Shown: piece by piece, positions 46,001 to 59,432 of the stretch
Position numbering within the stretch: position 1 is the stretch's first letter
How the letters are laid out: each line of letters begins with the position of its first letter
From: Chiloscyllium plagiosum
Lineage: Eukaryota
Direction: 5' to 3'
Assembly: GCF_004010195.1 (NCBI RefSeq)
Contig: NC_057719.1
Coordinates: 35,154,137 to 35,218,136 of the forward strand
Length of the DNA: 64,000 bases
Translations under genes and position numbers: made by a program
The notes under the pieces: model-generated
What the model saw: only the letters and a program-made list of their open reading frames with translations
Database searches by the model: none
Told to the model about the DNA's origin: nothing

Positions 46001-47196
46001 ATTCAAAGATCATATAGTGTGGAAAATGATCTGACTACACTGTCATCATAGCTCAATTGCTGCTTCATCAAATCATTTTCCTTTCACTGTTGCTTCACAT
46101 GATTTTCTCTGTTCATCGCCTATGTCCAACTTCCTCAAAATCACCAGTGTTACACTCAAAAGCAGTTACTGGACATGATGTACCAAACTCCAGGATTCAG
46201 TTTGCTAAAATTGCAGTTTTTAATCAAAACTACCTCACTTTCAAAATTCAGATACATGTGTTGCTTTGGGTGTGAGCCTTCTCTGTGTTATGTAGAGTCA
46301 AATGATATCCCCAGTCAAAGCCAGTCATTATCAGTTTGCATATCTGTGTGACCTTGTTCAGATCTACATTTAGTTTCAATACATTCCATCAGAAATATCT
46401 CTCAAACTCAACAATCAATTCTCTGCAGTCCTCCATCCCAAACTTCCAAAACACCTTGCTCCTAACCATGGGGCTCAAACTGTTTGGGACAAACAGTTCT
46501 ATCACCTCAAATGATTTGTTATGCACATCTAATTCTGCCTTGAAACAGCTTGTGCAGACAAATAAACAGGAATTGGCTTTTGATAGAAATCTGAAATGGG
46601 AACAGGGTCACTTCCAGAGAGTGGCAGGATTACATTGTGTAAGTGGGCAAGGTCAGTGACCTCAGAACCTGGAGAACAGTTCACACAGGGATCTGATTCA
46701 AGTTCGCAGCAGACAGCAGTCCGTTGTAGGAATGAATGTCAAAGACAGTCAAAGGTGGTTACATTTCCCTACTCCAATCTCCAGTTTGACCTTATTGTTG
46801 TTCACGCACAGGGACTAAAGGTCATTGTGGCCTTGACTGTTCCTGGAGAAGGAGATTGTATGCTTGATATTTATTAGATAGACTGTAACAGTGTTTGGGT
46901 CTCCCAAGAGAGGGGCAAAGAGCAAAGCAGCTCACCTTTCTCTGCTTCAATGTGGCTTTTGAATTTCGCTTTTGGATTTCATTTTCTTCAGCCCTAACAA
47001 TCAGAGGCAGCTCAGTGCCCTCCGTAAAGAGCCTGATTTGGACTTTCTTTTCCTTTGCAAAGCCGCCTTCGAGCCTGAGTGATTATCCATCAGAATAACC
47101 GAGCGGTTGCAGTGCTCCAAAAGTCGTTCCCTGATCTTGGTCCTGGAACCGCTGGAGTTTGGAGCTGAATGCTTCTCCTGAGTTCATTCGCTATCA

Positions 47197-47332
47197 GATT
47201 AGATTAGATTAGATTACTTAGATTAGATTAGATTACTTACAGTGTGGAAACAGGCCCTTCGGCCCAACAAGTTTGAACCCGGGTCTCAGGCGCTGTGAGG
47301 CAGCAGTGCTAACCACTGTGCCACCGTGCCGT
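47197..47332 (-). mobile_element. Internally deleted HE1-type SINE with (TTAGA)n tail
   Basis: tRNA head (GGCACGGTGGCACAGTGGTTAGCAC...CCGGGTTCAA) fused directly to the tail CTTGTTGGGCCGAAGGGCCTGTTTCCACACTGTAA. Confidence 0.85.
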
Positions 47333-47599
47333 CCAAATCAGTAGCTCTCTAAAACTAAAACTGAACTGCGAGTCCCAACAGTTTCCACACTGGATAAGTT
47401 TCTGAAAGCATCAACTTCAATCCCAAAACACAGCAAAACCACAAAGCATTTTCTAAACCAGAAACTATTTTTGTCCAGCTGTAGTCTATGAATTTTTTCC
47501 CTCAAGTTTAAAGAGCAAGGAATTGGGAAAACGTCAAATCATAAGATGTATGCAGGTTTATTCTTTAAATACACATTTATTCCATTAATGTGCATTTGC

Positions 47600-48360
47600 T
47601 ATACTAACTAGGAGCAGGAGTAGACAATTCAGCTCCTCTGGCTTGCTTCAGTATTCAATACAATTATTGCTAATCTCATCTCAGCCACAACTCCTAGTTA
47701 TGCCCCATAACCCATCAACCAGTTACTAATGCAAAAATCTGAGTAAATTTACTCAATGCCCTCGCATCCATCAAACTCTGGAATAATGAACACCAGAGGC
47801 ACAACCCTTTGACAGAAGGAATTTACACTTGTCTGTGTTTCAGATCTGCTATCCCTTATCTTAAAACTCTGACCGTTTATTTTTGATTGCCCCACTAGAG
47901 GAAACATCCTCTACATATACATGATCAATCCCCTATAGCATCATATACCTCAATTGGATCTCCTTTTATTCTTCCAAATTCCAGAAAGTGTACAATTAAA
48001 CCTTATAAAATATTCCCAAGACAAAATACCTTACCTCTAAATTCAACCTATTGAATCTCCTCCAGTACCTCAAATGCAACTACATCCTTCAAGGGGACCA
48101 AAGCTTCATGTAATCTTCCAGATACAGTCTCACTAATGCTTCATACAATTCCAGTAACATTTGTCTACTTTAACATCTATTCCTTTAGCAATGAATGCCA
48201 AAATTCTGTTTTCCTTTTATTACCTGCGTTCTAGTTTTTGGCAATTTGTGCATAAAGACATCCAGATCCCTCTGCACTTAAGCACCGATTTGTTTCTTTC
48301 CACTTAGATAATAAGTTTCCTTTCTATTCTTCTGACCAAAATGGGGAACCTCACTTATTG
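47600..48360 (-). mobile_element. Degraded CR1 3' fragment
   Basis: CR1-like 3' end (aggagcaggagtagacaattcagc) and coding remnants. Confidence 0.55.
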
Positions 48361-49556
48361 ACAGCAAGTCCCTTGCAAAAGCTAAAATAGGGTCTTCTGA
48401 ACTCCGAGTCAAAGTGCCTGCTGATCTTGGGTTTCCTACCTGTTGGAGTTGGGTACTGTCATATTTGCCTTGATGCTTTGTGGCATCTTTCCAACTCCAT
48501 GAAAATATACCTCCTAATGTCTAGGCTATGAGGTCAATGATGCAGTAGGTTTTCCATATGCTGAAATATGCAGCAACTAACTTGTTTTTCTGCGTTTTTG
48601 TTTTAACGCCTTCCACAGGTCAAGTCCCAAGCTCTTCTTACTAGCCTCCAGTTCCCTGCCTTTCAGTCCTGACTCCCTTCAAGTTGGAGAACCAGTGCTG
48701 AGTCACAACATCCTCTAGACCTTTCTAATCACACTTATGTTGGCTAACTTTGTAATGACAGGATTCAGTCAGAACTGATGCAAAATAAATTTACTCATTT
48801 ACTTCACTCCCAGTTGCTGTTGTGAGAAGTTGAATACAGCAGAGTAATGGAGGATGTTATCAAAACTGTGCTGATTTTACTAAATCTGGACTTTGACCGC
48901 CCTCATTGCCACCACTCTCATCAGTTCTTTGATTTATTTAGCTGGCAGTGGACTGGAGGATTTGTAATTTTCTTCCTAATCGGTATGGTTCAGTTTCAAA
49001 CCAGATCTTTAAAAAAAATCACAGAACCAATAATTAGAAAAAACAAAAATCAAGTCTTTTTTTCTGGGTGAATGGTTTCCAAATCTATAGAATATAATAC
49101 ACAAGAGTGTAGTGGACGCTGGGACGTTGCATAAATTTGAGGAGATAGATTTTTAATTAGTCATGGGTTGAAGAGTTATAGGAAGCAAGCACAAGAGTTG
49201 AGGTGAGATGAAACCAGCTATGATAGTATCAAGTGGCGTAGCAGGTGTGAGGGACTGCTGATTGGCTAACACCTGCTCCTAGTTCTTAAGTGAACATCTG
49301 TATCAAATTTTATTTAGTGGTATGCAGTACAGTAGGCAGTAGGTATGCTGTCACTTGTAACTAGTATAAAAAGTTTAAAGTGCAGTGATTGTTTTTCTTT
49401 TACAAAGGAAATGAGACATTGAAACTCTTTAAAAACATGAAAAAGTTCAAATAGAATTTGAGGTTCAGTTGAAACTTATAAACTGTAATTTCATGCTATC
49501 TGATGATTTAAAAAAAACACCCAGATAATCATGTCTTGTTCAAATTTTGTGATCAG

Positions 49557-49646
49557 CATGGAGCAAGTGAACAACCTACGTGAAATTCAAGCAATGCGCA
49601 GACTGAGTTTACATCCTAATATTCTTCAGTTACATGAAGTGGCCTA
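49557..49646 (+). CDS. MOK: MOK kinase exon (alphaC helix, HPNI motif)
   Basis: CAG|C ATG GAG CAA GTG...GCC TA|GTAAGT, 90 nt, encoding MEQVNNLREIQAMRRLSLHPNILQLHEVA. Its phase joins the previous exon, and it matches MOK IEQVNNLREIQALRRLNPHPNILMLHEVV. Confidence 0.95.
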
Positions 49647-49797
49647 GTAAGTGTTGCTTCATTGCATATTATAATTAAATATATTCATGAACAAGAATTA
49701 TATACCTTCCTTTGACCCGCTAAGCAAAAATGTCTGAACCTGAGGAATGTTTTGCATTTATGATTTATAGAATCAGTAAATAGCCTCTGTTTTAATG

Positions 49798-50406
49798 CTG
49801 TCGAAAAGCGTGGTGCTGGAAAAGCACAGCTGGTCAGGCAGGAGAGTTGATGTTTCAAGCATAAGCTCTTCATCAGGAAGGAAGGGTGGCCCAAGGGGAC
49901 TGAGAGATAAATGGAAGGGAGTGGGGCTTGGGGGAAGTAGCTGGGAATGCAATAAGGTAGATGGAAGTGGGATGTGATGGCGATAGGTCTGGAAGAGGAA
50001 TGGCTAATATTCTGCCTTGCGACCCTCCAACCACATGGGATCAATGTAGATTTCACCAGTTTCTACATTTCCACCCCCCTCCCCTTTTATCCCAGATCTA
50101 TCCTTCCAACTCAGCACCGCCCTCTTGAACTGTCCTACTTGTCCATCTTCCTTCCTACCTATCCACTCCACCCTCCTTTCCGACCTATCATCATCACCCC
50201 CCCACCTCCATCTACCTATTGCATTCCCAGCTCCATCCCCTTCCATTTATCTCTTAGCCATCTTGGCCAAACCCCTCATTCCTGATGAAGAGCTTTTGCT
50301 TGAAATGTCGACTCTCCTGCTTCTTGAATGCTACCTGACTGGCTGTGCTTTTCCAGCATCACACTTTTCAACTCTGATCTCCAGCATCTACAGTCCTCAC
50401 TTTCTC
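49798..50406. mobile_element. PLE family-1 insertion with an inverted structure in a MOK intron
   Basis: Minus arm ~49798-49990 and plus arm ~49990-50406, each with a hammerhead-like motif; TSD CCTCTGTTTTAATG at 49784-49797 and 50407-50420. Confidence 0.85.
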
Positions 50407-52438
50407 CCTCTGTTTTAATGTTGCACAATATTTAGAATATTTATGTGATGTGGCTGTTTGTTGTCAGTGTAAATGCAACTTTGTCTATTTCTAGTCAATG
50501 GATAGAGCAACTTGTCCACGTTTCCTGAGAATTATACTTTATGTAGTACAATTCTGACAAAGTTCTAACCTTATTTTTAAGCATTGTTTCAGGAAGTGTT
50601 TAAAATGCAACGGTCTCATTGGAATTACTCTTTCCACTGTGCTGTTTAATGAATGTTTCAAATTATGGCTACTTTTTTTTTTGCTCTCTGGTTTTTCTGC
50701 CCTCGTGAAAGCATTGACTGCCTGCTTCGTAGCAGAATTACCTCCAGTATCTTGCAAAATAATCTTGACTGGACACCAGCTGAGGAGAAAGAGTTAGTTG
50801 GGAAGAGAATAGTGAAACAGAACTGATTCTGTTTTATTATATTTATGATTTCTAAAGTTCAAAGTATGAGAACTTTCAGTTGTTTTCAGGCCTCACCACC
50901 CAGGTTGCTAAGTTGGGCCACTGCAATTTAAGCACCTGCTGAGTTAGCATGTCATTCATACTACATTAACGCGCCTATTACATGCATGACTTACCTTTGC
51001 CTTCTTGAAATTCTCCATAATCCATACCAAACCATAAGTTATAGTGTTTCCAGGTATAAACAGGTGAAATTGGAGTGAGCTTAGGCCATTTGGTTGGAAT
51101 TCCTTGTCATTCAACTGGAATAATCCTTCTTCAGAGTGTAAGGGCGTTTGTTTATGTTGGGAGAGTTTGAGCAAAAAAAAACACAATGTAGGTTTTTTAG
51201 GCCTTAAGATAGAAGATTCTGTAATTTTGGAGGCTTCCAAAGCAAAAAACTTTCTAGTTTCAGTTCAGAGCAGTTTGCAAAAGTCTTAGCTGAAGTTGAA
51301 TGTGTCAAGCAGTTGTTCCTAAGAAAGGAAAGTAGTAGTACTACTGTTAGAGATTATCTCCAAGTGAGGAGTTTAGTTTCAAAGTTCCAGATCAGGAGTG
51401 TTTGGTTAAAACCTTGGAAGGGTTATTTGAGCTGAAAAGATTGTAGTACTGTTGTATGAAAGCTCCAGGAAGAGGCTATCAGAATCTCACGAGAGGGAAT
51501 TGAAGCCAGAGTTAAGTTTGAACCCTGGACATGTGAAAGATAAGGAAATTCTATTTGGTATGAATATTATTTTTTTAAAATAAAAAGCGTGCCTTGATAT
51601 GTTATTACTAACAATGCTGGTCAATTCCTAAAGATGTGGCTGACAATTTGGACCTCTAGCAGGTGGTGAGCAAACCAACAAGATGGTAAAACGGTAGTGA
51701 TCTCATTCTTGTCAATCCTGTTTTTGCAGATGTATTCATCTGTCACAGTATTGCCACCTTAATCAGTCATTGTGGATAGAAAGTCCACCTTCTTCCTTTG
51801 TTTTGTGTGACATACCATTGTGTTAAATGTAGCAGACTTTGAACATTTCAAGTAGCTCATTACTGAGCATCCATGAGGAAGAATTATATTTAATACCAAT
51901 ATGTAATCTCATGTTCTGACATATTCACCATTATAACTGTGCTGAGAGATGAACCCTGTTGAACATCACTTGGCACACTTAAAAATGAGGTGCCCTTCTT
52001 ATGAAACTAAAAGTTGAGGTTACTGCAATCCAGATAGAAGAAACTGCATGTAATAGAGAGGCCTAAATGATCCCTTGACCAATGGATTAGATTGAAACTC
52101 TTCAGTACTGCCACATTCAGTGAGATTCATGATGGAGAACTAAACAAGTACAGGAAGAGGCAACTCCAGTGAAATCTCCATTCTTCATGGTCTGGAAGCC
52201 CAGCACAATGAAAAAAGACTGAAATATTTGTATCCACCTTCCACTAAACTGCTGATTGCGCGATTTATCTTGGCTTCATCCTGACGTCCTAGCATCACAG
52301 TTACTACTCTTCAGCCAATTTGACTTACTGCATGTGATCAAGAAACAGCTGAAGGCACTGAATACTTCAAAGATCCTGACAACAAACCAGAAATAGTATT
52401 GAAGACATAGTGCAGAACTAGCCATACCCCTAACCAAG

Positions 52439-52660
52439 GATAAAAGCAAATTACTACGGTTGCTGGAATCTGAAACCAAAAGAGAAAATGCTGGAAAATC
52501 TCAGCAGGTCTGGCAGCATCTGTAAGGAGAGAAAAGAGCTGATGTTTTGAGTCGAATTGACCCTTTGACAAAGGGTCAGTTAGACTCGAAACATCAGCTT
52601 TTTTCTCTCACAGATGCTGCCAGACCTGCTGAGATTTTCCAGCATTTTCTCTTTTGGTTT
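52439..52660. mobile_element. Fold-back PLE family-3 insertion
   Basis: Palindrome centred on ccctttg-a-caaaggg (52568); TSD CATACYCCTAACCAAG at 52423-52438 and 52661-52676. Confidence 0.8.
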
Positions 52661-53399
52661 CATACTCCTAACCAAGTTGTTTCATCCATCTGAGAATGTG
52701 AAAAATTGCTCATGAATGTTCTGTTCACAAAAAACAACTCCAAACCAGCTAATAACTGCCATCAGTCTTTTTTCAGTTTTCAGAAAATTGAAGGAAGGAA
52801 TCATCAATAACCCTATCAACTGGTACTTGCTAAGGAATAATCTGCTCTCTTGACATTCCAGTTGGGTTGTGCAGGAATACTCCTGACATCTGTTACTACC
52901 TTATGCAAACATGAATAAACAGGATGAACTCCAGAGGTGAGCTGAGTGATTGTCCTTGACATCAAGGCAGCACTTGATCAATATGTGAAGCTCTAGCAAA
53001 ACTGAGCTAGTGTCATTGTAGAAAACCTCCTGGAATGGCTCCAACTAGTGAAGAAAATGTTATAGGAAGTCGATCTCTCTGCCTCAGGATAGGAGTTCCT
53101 TTAGTAGTAGTGTTCTGTGCTGAACCATCTTCAATAGCTTTCCCTCCATCACAAGATCAGAGCCAAGGTAATCCCCATCATCACTGGAAACAAACTATAC
53201 CTTTCCTGTCACCGGGTCAAAATCCTTGATCTTTCTTCCTAATAACACTCTGGGTATCCATAGACTGCAGTAGTCCCTTAATGAACAAAACAGTTATGAA
53301 TAGCCAATAAATTCTGGCCTAGCCAGCAGCGCATGCTTCACATGAACAAACAGTGTGCAATTTGATTGTTTTCTTTCCCCTGCTTCTTCCTCCCATTTG

Positions 53400-53622
53400 T
53401 AGGGGGACCTTCACACAGAAGGTGGTATGTGTATGGAGTGGGCTGCCAGAGGAAGTGGTGGAGGCTGGTACAATTGCAACATTTAAGAGGCATTTGGAAG
53501 GGTTTGGAGGGATATGGGCCGGGTGCTGGCAGGTGAGACTAGATTGGGTTGGGATATCTGGTTGGCATGGACAGGTTGGACCGAAAGGTCTGTTTCCATG
53601 CTGTACATCTCTATGATTCTAT
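53400..53622 (+). mobile_element. CR1 3' end
   Basis: ttcacacagaaggtggt...ctgtttccatgctgtacatctctatgattctatg. Confidence 0.8.
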
Positions 53623-54924
53623 GCCTCTTAAAACAAGGCACAGTCTTTGAACATCAGAACTCCTTTCTGCCATTCTTTTGGTTGTATGTTTTATTTTTAA
53701 ACAAAGGCGAACTGTGAACATCAGTTGCAAGTGTAGTCCTGTGCTCCTGGATTCACTGCTGAAAGCTTTTTAATGGCTAATGCAGGGAACAAAAGATGAG
53801 TTCAATAGCATATTCACCTTTTTATTCTGATGTGCATTTCTTCTCCTGCCTCAAATTGCATCCAGTATATCACTCCTCACATTTAGCTTGCTGATACAGC
53901 TATGCTTCCGTCTGCCACTTCCTCATCCTTTATTTGATTATTCATTTATCCTCGTACTCATATTTATGCAATGCTATGCCACTCTCATAATAATCTTGAA
54001 TCCTTAGTCATTATTATTATCAACACTCATAAGTCCATTCTTGTTTTCCTGGCAGTAGAGGTAAGCACAGGGCAAGAAGAGACAGATTATGGTTGGACTT
54101 GCAACTGAGACATGGGAAGAATTGTTGGACATCAGTAGCCTTTGAAGACGAGGGCAACTGTCATCCATGTAGTGACTGAATTAAACATCAGTCCACAATA
54201 CTAACTAATGTGATCCTAATGTCAGCTGCTAATGATCATTTAAAATACATGTTTCTTAAGTTCTAATTCATGCCTTAATCTCCCATGGACCCTTTAATGT
54301 CTTACTGGAGCTGTTTCAGGATGAAAATGCCAATTCAAAGTAGGTCAGTCACCTGAGGGTTTGTCACAGACTTGTACAAATTAATGCACCAGCCCAGATA
54401 CTTACAACTCATTGAGGCAGTAAGTAGATGGTTGAATTTTCACTTGGTAACTTAAACATTACTGGTGATTAAGCACAGAAGACTAATGAAACATCCAACT
54501 TGGAGACGACTGTACACTTCTCACTCAGCTCAGCAGCATGCAGATATGCACCTAAGTGCTGTACTTTGGAAATCATTGAACAGGATTCTTCTGGAGTAAC
54601 AACCAAGAGCAAGCAATATACTAACTGGTGTCCAGCTGCACTATGCATGCTTCTTTGCAGAGAGATTGGAGAACTGCAATCTCTCTAGTTCTGCAGAAGT
54701 AGCATGATTTTGCAGACCTTTTATAAAGGTACCATTGCGTATAAAAGCACCACTACCAGCCTGAGGTAACAATGCCACAAACATACTTACAGTTTCAAGT
54801 GAGCTGTGGTTAGAACCTTGCACAGGTTAAATGATATTGTAATATTGACTATTCATCCAGGTAATCTGCAGCAATGTTCTTCAGCTCATTTTCAGAAGGG
54901 AATTTCAGCTGGGTCATGTGAAGG

Positions 54925-55618
54925 ATAGAACATAGAACATAGAAAAATACAGCGCAGTACAGGCCCTTTGGCCCTCGATGTTGCGCCGATCCAAGCCCAC
55001 CTAACCTATACTAACCCACTATCCTCCATATACCTATCCAATGCCCGCTTAAATGCCCATAAAGAGGGAGAGTCCACCACTGCTACTGGCAGGGCATTCC
55101 ATGAACTTACGACTCGCTGAGTGAAGAACCTACCCCTAACTTCAGTCCTATATCTACCCCCCCTTAATTTAAAGCTATGCCCCCTTGTAATACCCGACTC
55201 CATACGCGGGAAAAGGTTCACACTGTCAACCCTATCTAACCCCCTAATCATCTTGTACACCTCAATCAAGTCACCCCTAAACCTTCTTTTCTCTAATGAA
55301 AACAGCCCCAAGTGTCTCAGTCTTTCCTCATACGATCTTCCTTCCATACCAGGCAACATCCTGGTAAACCTCCTCTGCACCCGTTCCAGTGCCTCCACAT
55401 CCTTCCTATCGTATGGCGACCAAAACTGCACACAATATTCCAGATGCGGCCGCACCAGACTCTTATACAACTGCATCATGACCTCAGGACTCCGGAACTC
55501 AATTCCTCTACCAATAAAAGCCAGTACGCCATATGCCTTCCTCACTGCACTATTTACCTGGGTGGCAACTTTCAGAGATCTGTGTACATGGACACCAAGA
55601 TCCCTCTGCTCATCAATA
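54925..55618 (-). mobile_element. Young 5'-truncated CR1 LINE
   Basis: Uninterrupted ~200-aa ORF2 C-terminus (RDLGVHVHRSLK..LYKSLVRPHLEYCVQFWSP..FFTQRVV) with CpGs retained and a (TTCTATG)n tail. Confidence 0.9.
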
Positions 55619-57012
55619 GTATTGTATTGGCTCAAAGCACTGTCAGAACTGCAACAAGACTGCCTCTACATATGAGTGATGGACAGTATCACACCAGTGC
55701 CAGAGCAAGATGAGTTATTAAAGTTCTCTTATGTTTTAAAAAAAAAATTTAACATTGTGCAAAGAAGAAATAGCATTCTTTTCTGCATTGTGTATGATAG
55801 CAAGATCATTTTAACGCCTATGAAGTATATTTAAGTACAGTGTATTTAAGTACATATTTAAGTATTGCTTTTGAGCCAGTCACTATGAAGTGCACAAGAA
55901 CTGAACATCAAATTGCTCAACCAGGTTTCTTTCTAATGTAAAATAAATGTGTAAAATATTGCATGTATACCTATAATTCAAAAATCCTTATTATGTTCGG
56001 CTTTTGTTTCAGACATCTATATTTAAAAAAACATGTTTCAAATCTTGAAATCTCACTTTAGCACTGGGATATAGACAAGTAGCAGGCAGAAAGGTAATGA
56101 GTAAATCACATGGAAAATATCAAGAGAACAACTAATGAGAGAAATCAAATTTTATAGATATTTTTAATCCACCTGTTCAAACTTGTGACCACCTTCTAGT
56201 GTAAATGGGATTTGAACTTGGGACATCTCATGGTGCCACAACAGCTTACAAAGGCATATGCTATAAATAATATGTGAATAATTTGGGTGGGACAATCGGA
56301 GGGAAACATCAATTTACAAGGGTTCTCCAAGATTGCGCTGATATTGCTCTGATTGGGCTGGTCTGCACCCTTCATGGTGACCTGCATTTTTCCCTTCCAT
56401 TAGACACCAAGAACATAGTTTCATTTTTTATTTTCCAAGTATCTCTTTAGTTATTCACAAGCTGTATCTTGTCTGTTAACTCACTATGTTCTGTAGTCTC
56501 CTGCTTGTTTCGTATTTGCTACTTAATCCTTTTCTGTTCTCCATTCAAGGATTTCACCAATTTCTGTTTTTACTCATTCTCTTATCCAGATTTTTAAAAT
56601 GCTGTTCACCTGTATTTCAGTCCTCAGGACATGTCTTAAGATGTGAAATGTTGACTACCTTCTATTTTTCCAGTATTTTCATGTCTAACATTTCTTTCTA
56701 TAAACTTCTGTTTTCTTTTCCTGTTATGATATCTGTAGCCTTCTGAGATGTACAGGCATTGGTATTCTTTTTCCCTGTGCACTGGTTTATCTATCAGATT
56801 ACAGTTGGTTTGAGAATTGAAACTTAGGAAGTGATCCATGAAACTTTAAACACTCCACTGCTATCTAAACAAGTTGCATTTAAAATTAGAGTCAAAAATG
56901 GAACAGTGAGGAAAACATTTAAAAATAAGGTTAATAATTTTTCTCTTGAAAGTATTTTTCCATTACATCTAAACAAATGTAACTAGTTTTGTTTTTTTCT
57001 CTTTCTTTTCAG

Positions 57013-57083
57013 TGATAAGAAGTCTGGGTCTCTTGCTCTAATATGTGAACTAATGGACATGAATATCTATGAGCTCATACAAG
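57013..57083 (+). CDS. MOK: MOK kinase exon (hinge region); later exons lie beyond the window
   Basis: Long pyrimidine tract, then CAG|T GAT AAG...CAA G|GTCAGT, 71 nt, encoding DKKSGSLALICELMDMNIYELIQG versus MOK DRKSGSLALICELMDMNIYELIRG. Confidence 0.95.
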
Positions 57084-57446
57084 GTCAGTTCTATTAGATT
57101 GTTTGCCTTTTGACAAATTGTTTGCAACTTTATCAATAATTTTAAAAATCAACATTATTTTATATGCCACAACTATATTTAAATGATTCCTGGGACTATG
57201 TACACATTGAAGACAGCAGTTATTACCCATTCCTGATTTCATTTGAGAAGCTGATAGTGAACCACTTCGAACTGCAGTAGTTTTTATGGGCTATTTGCTC
57301 ACACGTGCTTCTAGGGAGGGAATTCCAGGATATTGGGTCAGTGACAGTAAAGAAATGATCATTTCCAGATCAGGTTTTTTTTTTCTTGGGAAAAGAAAGC
57401 GCTAAAGGCAATTTCCAACCTTTTAGGTAATAGAGGCGGTAGGTTT

Positions 57447-57775
57447 GATTAGATTAGATTAGATTCCATACAGTATGGAAACAGGCCCTTTGGCCCAACA
57501 TGTCCATACTTACCTTCTGAAGAGTAACTCACCCAGACCCATTCCCCAACCCTATATTTACCCCTGACTAATGCACCTAAGACTATGGGCAACATAGCAT
57601 GGCCAATTCACATGACCTGCACATCTTTGGACTGTGGGAAGAAACCGGAACACCTGGAGGAAACCCATGCAGACATTGGTAGAATGTGCAAACTCCACAC
57701 AGTCGCCTGAGGTGGGAATCAAATCCTGGTCCTTGGCGCTGTGAGACAACAATGCTAACCACTGAACCACCATAC
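57447..57775 (-). mobile_element. HE1-type SINE
   Basis: tRNA head, central domain, LINE-shared tail and (TTAGA)n. Confidence 0.85.
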
Positions 57776-59432
57776 CATTTGGAAAGTGTTGTGGCAGGAG
57801 CTCTGGCAAGTTGTAGGTGGTACACACTACTGCCAATCCACTACTGGTGGAATGAGTGAATATTTAAGGTGGTGGATAGGTTGCCAAGCAAGCTTTGTCC
57901 GCAATTGTGCCAAGCTTCTTTGGTGTTGTTTGGCGTTGCAATTCAGTGAGAGTATTTCCTCACTCCATCATGTATAAGGCACAAGTCAAGAAATTCTTTG
58001 GGAATTTAGAAAGTTTTACGTATTGTTGGACTTCCAAGGCTTAAATCTTCTTATAGAGTGTTTATATGGCTGGTCCATATAAATTTCTGCTCGTTGATAA
58101 TGCACTGGATATAATTGGAGGATTCAGCAACAGTAGTGCCATTGAATGTCATGGATTGGTAGTTAGATTCTTCATTGGAGGTGGTCATTGTTTGAGACTT
58201 GTGCAAATATACTTGCCACTCAGTCCAAGCCTGGATGCTGTATCCATGCATTGATAGCTTCAGTATCTGAGGCATTACAAAAAGATATTGAACACTGTGC
58301 AATCTGTAGTGAGCCTGTGACATCGAGTATAATTGAGAAGATTGAAAATTATATTGTGTTACTACTTTGCATCCCTTCTCAACACCCAACTCACCTTCCT
58401 GCTGCCCTCTCATGATTACCAAACTTTAATTTGAAGCGATCATAGTCCTGTTGCTTTTCATTGTGCTCCTGTTTTGCTTTGATCTCGTGCTTTTAGACTC
58501 CCAAAATACTATTGGCATTCTAGCCATAGCAGCCCCTAGTGGAACATTATAGCACTCAAGAAGGGGCCCCTTCACTTAAAGTGATATTCCCATCCGCCAT
58601 CTCAACAATGCATTTACCTGAAAGGTTTGTATAGAATTGGAATTTGTATGTGGCGGTGAATCACTGAATGCACATGAATGCAAGCAGTCCCTCCGAAGTG
58701 AGGTTGCAGGTAAGTTTTGCTTCATGGGTCTCTGAAGACAGTGGATCGCAAAGAGGAAAATGCTAATACAGATTTATTATGAAGTGTGGTGTCCTTTAAC
58801 TGACCTGGTGACTGTGTCACAGAATCATTGGACCTGACCCTTTAGTGTTTGTGCTGGGCTCCTCTCACAGCTGAACGTGTTCTTTGGTGAGTGTTATGGA
58901 AATATGTTGCATGATCTGTCCTGTTGTCTCACTTTAAAGACAAAGTGTAAAATCAATCAGTCAAATGACAACATCAGTGAGGAGGCTTCTGGGGCATGCA
59001 GGGATACTTGCACAGGATGTCAGCCAGGTCACACTGGAAGTAGCTGAGGACTTGAAGACCACTAAAGATCTCTGGTCTCCAGAGAGCTATCAGAAGCAGC
59101 GTTATTGTTAACTCCCCTTTAGTCTATAAAGACTGTCTGAACTATGTCGCCTCTTCCTCCCACCCCTTTCCAATAACAATTCAGTGTATTTGGCTTGGAA
59201 AGCAAAGGGAGATCCTGTTAGGCCATATCTACATTCCTGGGCAGTTTTCTAGGCATGGGTGGGAAGTATGCATGGGAGCCTGCTAGCTGGTAAAGAGCAT
59301 CCAGTTAAAAACGTTAAGAAGATCATTTAATGGAATTTCTTTTGACAGTTGAATTCTGTAGAAGGTGCAAAGGTCACGTGGAACTTTAGCAACTCACCAA
59401 CTTAAATAAGGCAAGAACACAACAAGTGATTA

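Noticed and set aside
58440..59340. Possible Harbinger-associated or other repeat
   Set aside because: Only a vague resemblance; no TIR, TSD or motif I can support.
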